A stretch of DNA of 59,958 nt, from contig CAYFHS010000023.1 of assembly GCA_964342815.1 (NCBI GenBank), positions 1 through 59,958 on the forward strand, given 5' to 3'. The translations under genes and the position numbers were made by a program. This stretch comes from an uncultured archaeon (lineage in GTDB: Archaea > Thermoplasmatota > Penumbrarchaeia > JASLWR01). Below the pieces are notes generated by a model. The model saw only the letters and a list, made by a program, of their open reading frames with translations. It made no database searches and was not told where the DNA came from. Positions 36,392 through 44,469 of this stretch are shown in pieces (within the stretch, counting starts at the first letter, position 1; each line of letters starts with the position of its first letter).

Positions 36392-38239
36392 ATGGAAGAA
36401 TATGAGCTGTTCAGCAGGGACACGCAGGCATTCATCTACGGCGGCCAGCTTCGAGCGGTACAGAGAATGCTGGATTTCGATTACGTATGTAAAAAGGAAA
36501 GGCCTTCTGTGGTGGGTATAATCACGCCGGAGAGAGGCGGCTGGGAAAAATTCTTCTGGGGCACTTCCGAGATAAGGGTTCTTCGGTACCGAAGCATACC
36601 GGAGGCTGTAAAATCACACCCGGCGGCCGATGTAATAATCAACTTCGCGTCGGAAAGGTCCTCGTTCCAGACCACTAAGGAGGCTCTTTTGACCGATAAT
36701 ATTCGAACGGTAGTAATGATCGCGGAGGGCGTACCCGAGAAACGAACGAGAGAACTGAGAACCATTGCGCTCGAACGCGGAAAATGGATCATCGGCCCCT
36801 CAACGGTTGGCGGGATCAAAGCGGGGGCGTTCAAGATAGGGAATTCCGGCGGTACCATCGATAATATCAAGGCATCACTACTTTACAGGCCCGGATCAGT
36901 TGGATTCGTATCCGTGTCAGGTGGTCTGTCCAACGAGGGGTTCAACATTCTGGCGAGGAACACGGACGGCATATACGAGGGTTACGCCATCGGCGGCGAC
37001 GCCTATCCGGGCTCAACGCTTCTCGAGCATTTATTGAGGTACGAAAAGAATCCCAAGATCAAGATGGTGGTCTCACTGGGCGAACTGGGCGGGACTGCCG
37101 AGCTGGAGATAGCGGAGGCAGTACGCGATGGCCAGATAACAAAACCGCTGGTGATGTGGGTCACCGGTACGTGCGCAAAGATGCTGCCCCAGGGTGTTCA
37201 GTTCGGCCATGCCGGTGCTAAGGCGGATTCGGATAAAGAGACGGCGCAGTACAAAAATAAGGCTCTGAGGGATGCCGGTGTAATTGTACCAGAATCATTC
37301 GACGATTACGACGAAAAAATAAGGGAAACCTTTGAAGGATTGAAAGCGAAGGGGATAATAGAGCCCGTGGACGAATTCACGCCGCCCCACATACCAATGG
37401 ATTATGCACAGGCAAAGGCCGAGGGACTGGTGAGAAAATCCACGAATTTCGTCACCACCATCTGCGATGAGACCGGCGACATACACGACTACTGCGGTGT
37501 GCCCATAGACAAGGTGATAAAGGAAAATTACGGCATAGGCGGGGTTCTGGGCCTGATATGGTTCAAGAAGAAACTACCCAAGTATGCATGCGATTTCCTG
37601 GAGATGGTGATACAGATCGTGGCGGACCACGGACCTGCGGTATCAGGGGCCCACAACACTATTGTTACTGCGAGGGCCGGAAAAGGATTGATAGAATCCA
37701 TCATCAGCGGCATGGTGACCATCGGCCCGCGATTCGGCGGAGCGGTGAACGGTGCTGCGGAGCACTTCAGGTGGGGATTGGCGCAGGGGTATGGGCCAAG
37801 GGAATTCGTGGTGGCAATGAAGGCCAAGAACACAAACATACAGGGGATCGGACATCGGATACACACGGTGGAATTTCCGGATCTTCGGGTAGATATAATG
37901 GTGGATTTCGCAAAGAAGAATTTTGCGAAAACTCCGATACTCGATTTCGCCCTTGCAGTTCAGGCCGTCACGACTCAGAAGAAGAACAATCTCATATTGA
38001 ACGTGGACGGCTGCATCGGCGTGCTGTGCGTGGATCTTTTGAACAGCCTCGGTTACCCGGATGACGAGATCGGGAAGATGATAGACATGGGATTCTTCAA
38101 TGCCCTTTTCATCATCGGCAGGACCATGGGATTCATGGGTCATTACTTCGATCAGAAAAGGCTTGAATCGAGACTGTACCGCCACCCGTGGGACGATATT
38201 CTTTACGATGTACCTGATGAGCCGGAAGTGGTTGAGTAG
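36392..38239 (+). CDS. aclA: ATP-citrate lyase, alpha subunit including the citryl-CoA lyase domain
   Basis: QRMLDFDY, IIGPSTVGGIKAG, LYRPGSVGFVSVSGG, QFGHAGA (phospho-His), ADHGPAVSGAHNTIV, IGPRFGGA, GIGHR, LILNVDG, RLYRHPWDDI. ATG 2 nt after the aclB stop, behind a GGGGTGA SD. Confidence 0.93.
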   Translation: MEEYELFSRDTQAFIYGGQLRAVQRMLDFDYVCKKERPSVVGIITPERGGWEKFFWGTSEIRVLRYRSIPEAVKSHPAADVIINFASERSSFQTTKEALLTDNIRTVVMIAEGVPEKRTRELRTIALERGKWIIGPSTVGGIKAGAFKIGNSGGTIDNIKASLLYRPGSVGFVSVSGGLSNEGFNILARNTDGIYEGYAIGGDAYPGSTLLEHLLRYEKNPKIKMVVSLGELGGTAELEIAEAVRDGQITKPLVMWVTGTCAKMLPQGVQFGHAGAKADSDKETAQYKNKALRDAGVIVPESFDDYDEKIRETFEGLKAKGIIEPVDEFTPPHIPMDYAQAKAEGLVRKSTNFVTTICDETGDIHDYCGVPIDKVIKENYGIGGVLGLIWFKKKLPKYACDFLEMVIQIVADHGPAVSGAHNTIVTARAGKGLIESIISGMVTIGPRFGGAVNGAAEHFRWGLAQGYGPREFVVAMKAKNTNIQGIGHRIHTVEFPDLRVDIMVDFAKKNFAKTPILDFALAVQAVTTQKKNNLILNVDGCIGVLCVDLLNSLGYPDDEIGKMIDMGFFNALFIIGRTMGFMGHYFDQKRLESRLYRHPWDDILYDVPDEPEVVE

Positions 38240-38260
38240 GGGCCTGAAATAAATTAAAAA

Positions 38261-38348
38261 GGGCCTGCGCCCATTACATTCCGTTGCATCAAGATGCAAC
38301 TGCGCCCTCGACACGTAAGTCTACGGGCGACGTAAGAAACGCAGGCCC
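38261..38348. other. 88-nt multibranch structured element downstream of aclA (terminator-like or small repeat element)
   Basis: Perfect 9-bp outer stem GGGCCTGCG/CGCAGGCCC enclosing hairpins GTTGCAT-caag-ATGCAAC and CGCCC...GGGCG; flanked by A-run (left) and T-run (right). Confidence 0.5.
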
Positions 38349-38427
38349 GATTTTTGAAAAATAAATTAATGAAAAACATGTGAGGGGTAACGCCCCCCAC
38401 CCATAACATTTATTAAACACAAAGTCC

Positions 38428-41400
38428 ATGCCACCGGCCATGAAATTTTCTCATTACAGGGCTGTACAAAAACTGATAGCCTTGGGTATCATTATTCTTT
38501 TCATGCAGACCGCTGCATCATGCTTTTTCGAGACCGGCAAGCCTAATATCGAACTGCAATATCGATTTTCCACCCCAACTACAGAGAATGTCCGATATCA
38601 ACATAGAAATAACGATCCCACCGAGAGCGATAGTTTCGGAGGAAGCTGGTTTCAGGACTCTTTCGAGGATTTGAATAATAAAACATCATCCAATGTTTCC
38701 GTGATCGAAAACGGTACCGGCTCGCAGCTTGAACTTATTAATACCAGCAGCTCCGGATTTTATTTAACCTCAAAAATTTCACTTCCCGAAGGCATGAACT
38801 GGTCACACATATCCATCTCGAAATACGAAGCACCGGATACATTTGTCAATATCAGCCTTTTAGACTCATACCTTAATTCCACAATTCCCGGATTCACAAA
38901 CCGAACCGAAAGCTACATCGATCTCGCCAACCTGAATGATTCCACCGTAATATTAAAAGCCGATTTTCACGGTGATATTAACGTCACCCCGGAACTTTAT
39001 TCCTGGGGGATCGAGTGGACTGCCGATAACGCGTGGCGGGACAGCTTCACCGGTCCCGGAAAAATCGAGCAGCACAGCAATCTGAGCATATCGGGGGATG
39101 TATTTTCCGTAGTGTACAACCAAACTTCGTACCTCAAGTCCGCAACGATCCAGGTTCCTCCGTCTCACTCATGGGACGTATTTCATTTTGATCGGACATT
39201 GCCGGATAATACAATTATTAACATAAGTATCCATGATGCAGAAAGCGGCGAGGTCATAATTTTCCAAAACGGAAGTGAGCTTGTAAAAAAAATCGACCTT
39301 ACACATATTAACTCGTTCGATCACGGCTCCGTCTATCTCCAGGCTTCATTCCGTTCAAATCTTACTGAAGTACCGGTGCTCCATAACTGGGGTATCAACT
39401 GGTCCGTGGTGACAGCGCCGAAACTCATCAAGGCCATGGAAGATATCGAGCTTTCCGAAGATACGCCCGAGAATAATATTCTTGATCTTGAAGAGTATTT
39501 TATGGGCCGGTATTCCCAAGTTCTTCCACCCTCCTATTCATTGGAGAATCTCAGTGATATAGACAATATCACTCTAGAGCTGAACAGCTCGATGCTAAGC
39601 GTAGCCGATCTCAGCCACAACTGGACCGGTTCCTTTACAATGTATATCAACTGCACCAACGTGTATAATCGAACCACTTCATCAAATGTTTTCGCAATTA
39701 CCGTGGCCCCTATAAATGATCCCCCCGCATGGACCTCTGCGCCACCTAACATTTCAATGAATGAAAATACCATTCACGTATCCAATTATTCACTTTCCGA
39801 TTACGTATTCGATGCCGAAGGAGACGAGCTTGAATTGTTTATCACGGGTTCGGATGATAATATTACCTTTGAATTGGACCAGGAACAGCATATAGTCATT
39901 GCCCCGCCCGATAACTTTGCCGGAACAGGTATTCTGAATCTCACAGTCAGCGAGAAGTCCGGAGCCAAACTAGCTTCGTCCATCCTAATTTCATATTTTA
40001 TTTTCCAGGTCGATGACCCACCGTTAGTTCAGCTGAAACTCCCCCTTAACCGCTCCATTATCACCGGCACAAACGTCACACTTGTCTGGGAAGTTACCGA
40101 TGTAGATTCATCCATTTCGAACATACGGTTCCACCTGTACCTTGGCCTGAACAACCCGCCGGAACTGTACCGATCGGGCCAAACGGGAAGCAGCCGGACC
40201 ATACTTGACCTCGCGGAGGGAAAAACCTATTACTGGTATGTTATTCCTTACCATGTCCAGTACACCGGCATATGCATTTCAGGTATCCAAGAGTTCACAG
40301 TGAACCGTTCCGTAAACGTACCTTGCGCCAGGCCGGTCTCACCGCTTGATGGATCGTTCCACAACAACACGGATATAATACTTAAGTGGGAGATGGTGGG
40401 GACCTCTGATAACAATGTCGAATTTCATATATTACTGGGAAACTCACCCATGAATCTTACTTTGGCCGGGTATACGGGTGTGCTGGAATTTCGACCCGTT
40501 CAGCTGATGAACAACAACACGTATTACTGGAAAGTAATGACTATCGGCGGCCCCTATACAAGCGATTGCATCGGCGGACTGCGGAATTTCACAATCGATA
40601 AAAGCTTCATCCATACATATCATCTGGAAGCTTCTCTGGACATTTACGACATTTCCATGGATAATAAACAAAATACAAGTTTCAATCTCAGTTTAGGCAA
40701 TGAAGGAAATTCGCCCATGGGGGTTCAGATTGAGCTTCGGGGCAGTCTGGCCCAGTACGTGCACCTGGAAAAAGACCTGATCCTGGGGATAGGGGACAAT
40801 ATTATACTGGAAGCAGTGATAAGACCCGGCGGCTCAATCATATCCCAACCCTACAATTTGACCCTGATTATTAATCATCCCGGAGGGGTGGAAGAACTGG
40901 TCCTGCATGTTAATGTGACGGATACTTCTGTGAACGATAATTGGACCATGCCCGGGGAACCCGATTCCGATTTCGACTGGTTCTGGTTCGTTATGGATAT
41001 AATCGTCATCATCGTTCTGATCCTGGGACTGGGAGTTCTGTTCCGGACCAAGAAAAAAAAGAAATCGGATGGAGAGGAAAAAATAGAAGTTGAAAACGTA
41101 CAGCGCGGTGGGAACGTCTATGTTGTGGGCGGTCTCAATGATGATCGATATGAGGGAACAAGGGAAATCTCCGGCATGTTGAGAAGCGATACTGACCTTT
41201 TCGGGCGAGGGAATTCAAAAACTACTTCGGGAATACGGCCGCCCAAATGGCTTTCCGAGACTGATGATAAACCGCCGCAATTCATGGAAGATCCTCCCAA
41301 AGACTCGGATAAAACCCATGGAAAAGAAAGTGAGGCTGCTGCTCTCGCAGAGCAGCCACGCGACGTTTTCAAACAGGAAAGATCTGACGAGGAAGAACTT

Positions 41401-41634
41401 CCGCCAAGGGCTCCGAGATGGCACGCTCGCTCAAAGATAAATGGTACCAATAAGGAAGAAAAGAAAGTTCCAAATGATTTATCGGAGGACGAGACATCAA
41501 CTGAGAACGTAGAAAAAAGTTCTTTCATCAAGCAGGAGGAAAGCGAACAGGGAGCCGACGAAGTAGACGGAGAGAACGGGTATGATGCCATATCAATGGA
41601 TTTCTTTTTTGAAAAAAAAGGTGAGAGCGAATAA
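38428..41634 (+). CDS. Membrane-anchored surface protein with duplicated N-terminal module, cadherin-like Ig and FN3-like domains
   Basis: Signal-like LIALGIIILFMQTAAS; two W.DSF...P.L..WGI.W modules; ITVAPINDPP / IFQVDDPP Ig repeats; GKTYYWYV and NNTYYWKV FN3 ends; TM then RTKKKKK; acidic disordered tail. Start may be 38440. Confidence 0.8.
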   Translation: MPPAMKFSHYRAVQKLIALGIIILFMQTAASCFFETGKPNIELQYRFSTPTTENVRYQHRNNDPTESDSFGGSWFQDSFEDLNNKTSSNVSVIENGTGSQLELINTSSSGFYLTSKISLPEGMNWSHISISKYEAPDTFVNISLLDSYLNSTIPGFTNRTESYIDLANLNDSTVILKADFHGDINVTPELYSWGIEWTADNAWRDSFTGPGKIEQHSNLSISGDVFSVVYNQTSYLKSATIQVPPSHSWDVFHFDRTLPDNTIINISIHDAESGEVIIFQNGSELVKKIDLTHINSFDHGSVYLQASFRSNLTEVPVLHNWGINWSVVTAPKLIKAMEDIELSEDTPENNILDLEEYFMGRYSQVLPPSYSLENLSDIDNITLELNSSMLSVADLSHNWTGSFTMYINCTNVYNRTTSSNVFAITVAPINDPPAWTSAPPNISMNENTIHVSNYSLSDYVFDAEGDELELFITGSDDNITFELDQEQHIVIAPPDNFAGTGILNLTVSEKSGAKLASSILISYFIFQVDDPPLVQLKLPLNRSIITGTNVTLVWEVTDVDSSISNIRFHLYLGLNNPPELYRSGQTGSSRTILDLAEGKTYYWYVIPYHVQYTGICISGIQEFTVNRSVNVPCARPVSPLDGSFHNNTDIILKWEMVGTSDNNVEFHILLGNSPMNLTLAGYTGVLEFRPVQLMNNNTYYWKVMTIGGPYTSDCIGGLRNFTIDKSFIHTYHLEASLDIYDISMDNKQNTSFNLSLGNEGNSPMGVQIELRGSLAQYVHLEKDLILGIGDNIILEAVIRPGGSIISQPYNLTLIINHPGGVEELVLHVNVTDTSVNDNWTMPGEPDSDFDWFWFVMDIIVIIVLILGLGVLFRTKKKKKSDGEEKIEVENVQRGGNVYVVGGLNDDRYEGTREISGMLRSDTDLFGRGNSKTTSGIRPPKWLSETDDKPPQFMEDPPKDSDKTHGKESEAAALAEQPRDVFKQERSDEEELPPRAPRWHARSKINGTNKEEKKVPNDLSEDETSTENVEKSSFIKQEESEQGADEVDGENGYDAISMDFFFEKKGESE

Positions 41635-41701
41635 TGTTTCCGTTATAGAAATGGGGCTGCAGTAGAACCTCATTGTTGGATTCCAAACGAACGATAATCT
41701 T

Positions 41702-42025
41702 TCAATATTCTCTCCAGCGGTGATTGCATCCGGCACATATATAAAAACGCGTGGTGGGTTCGTCGGCTGCGCGGGTCTGTCTTAAAAACCACTTTGCCTT
41801 ATCATGCCCGCATTCCGGACATTCCTGATCAACCGTGGGAAGTGTCCCCAGATCTTTGTCGAATATCTTGAATTCCTTCTCCACGCTTGGCGTGGAGATC
41901 ACCGTTCCAACTCCCGTTGATTTGATCTTGTAACCGCAGCTGCTGTTCCTGCAAACCATGATACCGGGTTCGTCCTTGCTTGGAAACATTAGGGACTTGC
42001 ATTCCGGACAAAACATAACCATCAA
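41702..42025 (-). CDS. tfs: Transcription factor S (TFS / RpoM family)
   Basis: MFCPECKSLM...C...CGY; CPECGHDKA.W...QTRAADEPTTRFYICAGCNHRWREY with the acidic DE hairpin. Confidence 0.95.
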   Translation of the reverse strand: MMVMFCPECKSLMFPSKDEPGIMVCRNSSCGYKIKSTGVGTVISTPSVEKEFKIFDKDLGTLPTVDQECPECGHDKAKWFLRQTRAADEPTTRFYICAGCNHRWREY

Positions 42026-42200
42026 AAAACACCTTTGACTTTAGCTTGCGAAACCGCGAACACATTAATATGTTTTTGGTTGAGTGTGGGAAAGTTGATC
42101 GGGAAAATATCAAAAAAACCATTCCTTTTCAGAACCTCCATCATGTGGTAAAAACACATTTTCCTGAGTATGATTATATCTCAAGTTTGGCTAAAAGGTA

Positions 42201-42213
42201 GAAAGTTTAAATT
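42201..42213 (+). promoter_or_regulatory. BRE/TATA-like promoter of the S8 peptidase gene
   Basis: GAAAG followed by TTTAAATT about 24 nt before GTG 42237. Confidence 0.45.
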
Positions 42214-42236
42214 AACCATAAGGAGTTAACTGATTA

Positions 42237-44420
42237 GTGCTGGTTAAGCACAGATTAATACTTTCACGGTCGATAATAATGCTAAACGCTTCCCTTAAGA
42301 CCTGTATGGTTCTCTTACTAGTGTTCGCTCTTTTTCTGGACACGGCCCCAGCCCTCGGGTTGGACGATAAAATTGGCCCTGAAGAGTTGAACTTATTCAT
42401 TGATGCAAGCGAATTGAGGATAGAAAAAAAGGATATTTCGCCCTGGTGGATGCGGACATCCATGGATAGAAATGGGAATTTTATCCATGATTCCATTGAA
42501 ACGGCATTTCAAGAAGGTAAGAGCTTATTTCCCGTTTATGTGGATCTGGTCCGACCACCTGATGAAGTTGTCCTGGACGAGATTCGAAGCATTGGAGGCG
42601 ATATTTCATACGTATGCAAATATATCAACACTATCTGCATGAGGAATGTTACATACTCCATGATAGAGAGACTTCTCAAAATAGATGAAGTTGTATTCGT
42701 GGAAGAACAGCCCTTTCTCACCATTGACCTTGACGTCTCCGCGAGAAATGTCGGTGCAAGACCGAGTAGCAATTACTCGCCCAAAACGGCCTGGGAGCTT
42801 AATTATACCGGTAATGGTGTGGTGGTAGCTGTTCTCGATACGGGAGTGGACGATAATCATCAAGATCTAAGGAACAAATTCGTTGCAGGATACGACTGCT
42901 CCGGAAACTACGGTATAGCATGGACTACAAACCCGGATGACAAGAACGGGCATGGAACCCACTGTGCAGGCGTCATCATGGGAACGGGTGATCCCAACAG
43001 CGATATGGCAGAACGGGAGTACGTGGGCGTCGCACCCGGTGCCCGGCTTGTCGATGTAAAGGTGCTGACGGATATCGGCGGAAACCTCGGTGATCATCTC
43101 ATTATGGGAATGGAATGGTGTATCGAGAATAAGGATCAATTCGGGATCGACATCCTTTCCATAAGTGTGGGGAACCGGGCCGGAGGCGATGACGGGACCA
43201 ATGCCAACGCTCGAACGGCCGATGCCGCTGTTGATGCCGGTCTTATAGTTGTCACGGCAGCAGGGAATGAGGGGCCGAACAATGACGGTTTCTCCTCGGT
43301 GGCAGCCTCGGACAAGGCAATTACCGTGGGAGCGGTGGATGACGGGGACACCATAACGAGAAATGACGATACCATTGCAGATTATTCTAACAGGGGACCG
43401 CGAAGAAGTGATAATGATGATAATGTACTTGAAGAACTGAAACCCGACGTGGTGGCACCTGGAACCGATATAATGGCGTGTATGTATTCCCCGCGCCCGG
43501 TGGGATTTATTACGGGCTATCAACAGATGACCGGTACTTCCATGGCCTGCCCTCACGTTGCCGGGATCGCGGCATTGATGCTGGAGGCAAAACCCGGAAT
43601 GAACGCGTCCAAGGTCAAACATTTGTTGAGAAAGACTGCTGAACCAAAAGGCTCGGTCTATAACTCCGAGCTACATGAAACCTACTCCCGGGAATACGGT
43701 TTCGGAAGGGTGAACGCCTACGAAGCATTGAGGGGAGCAAAAGAAGATTATCAGACCGTCACGATAGTCTCCGTTGGAAATGACGATATTGTCGGAGCCG
43801 TTTATGAGATAAGCGGGATAGCCAATAATGAAGAGCAGGGTGCCTTGAAATATGTGGAAATCAGGATCGATGAAGGTGAATGGAATCGAGCTGAAGGGAC
43901 TTACCAGTGGTCTTATTCCCTGAATACTGAAAAGTTCGAGAACGGGGAGCATTTCATCTATGCCAGATGCTTCAATGGTAGAAACCATTCTGATGAAGAC
44001 CGGGTCAAGGTAATATTCAATAACGTGCAACTTCACATCACTTCCCCGGATGAGAACTCTGCAGTCTACGGCGAGGAGATCATCATATCCGGTAGAACCG
44101 TAGGTATCAATATCGAGTATATCGAGGTGTCCATCGATAGCAGGGGAGGTTTCAAAGCCGAAGATACATCGCTTGGAGGAGACTTTTCCATCTGGCATTT
44201 CAAGTGGATCACAGATGAGTTTCCCGAGAAAGAATACACCTTCCAATTCACAGCAGGTGGAAGTGATGTGTTTTCAAGAAGCACTTCCGTAAAACTCAGA
44301 TTCAAGCATCCTCCTTCGAAAGAGGAAGGTTCGGCCGTCCCACTTCCTTGGGTCGGTTGGCCGGTTTTGAGCGGAATACTTATTATAATCATTTTGAAAA
44401 GAAGAAAATACAAAAAATAA
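42237..44420 (+). CDS. Secreted S8 (subtilisin-like) serine peptidase with Ig-like C-terminal domains and C-terminal anchor
   Basis: VAVLDTGVD (Asp), NGHGTHCAG (His), AAGNEG (oxyanion Asn), GTSMACPHVAG (Ser); propeptide region; C-terminal AVPLPW+hydrophobic+KRRKYKK. Confidence 0.93.
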   Translation: MLVKHRLILSRSIIMLNASLKTCMVLLLVFALFLDTAPALGLDDKIGPEELNLFIDASELRIEKKDISPWWMRTSMDRNGNFIHDSIETAFQEGKSLFPVYVDLVRPPDEVVLDEIRSIGGDISYVCKYINTICMRNVTYSMIERLLKIDEVVFVEEQPFLTIDLDVSARNVGARPSSNYSPKTAWELNYTGNGVVVAVLDTGVDDNHQDLRNKFVAGYDCSGNYGIAWTTNPDDKNGHGTHCAGVIMGTGDPNSDMAEREYVGVAPGARLVDVKVLTDIGGNLGDHLIMGMEWCIENKDQFGIDILSISVGNRAGGDDGTNANARTADAAVDAGLIVVTAAGNEGPNNDGFSSVAASDKAITVGAVDDGDTITRNDDTIADYSNRGPRRSDNDDNVLEELKPDVVAPGTDIMACMYSPRPVGFITGYQQMTGTSMACPHVAGIAALMLEAKPGMNASKVKHLLRKTAEPKGSVYNSELHETYSREYGFGRVNAYEALRGAKEDYQTVTIVSVGNDDIVGAVYEISGIANNEEQGALKYVEIRIDEGEWNRAEGTYQWSYSLNTEKFENGEHFIYARCFNGRNHSDEDRVKVIFNNVQLHITSPDENSAVYGEEIIISGRTVGINIEYIEVSIDSRGGFKAEDTSLGGDFSIWHFKWITDEFPEKEYTFQFTAGGSDVFSRSTSVKLRFKHPPSKEEGSAVPLPWVGWPVLSGILIIIILKRRKYKK

Positions 44421-44469
44421 AACCGTTCTTTTCCCCAATAATATTCCTTACTTGGAGTTGAATTCGGCC

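Noticed and set aside
42059-42074. Near-palindrome AACACATTAATATGTT upstream of tfs
   Set aside because: AT-rich, imperfect, and centred on a likely TATA element; expected by chance.
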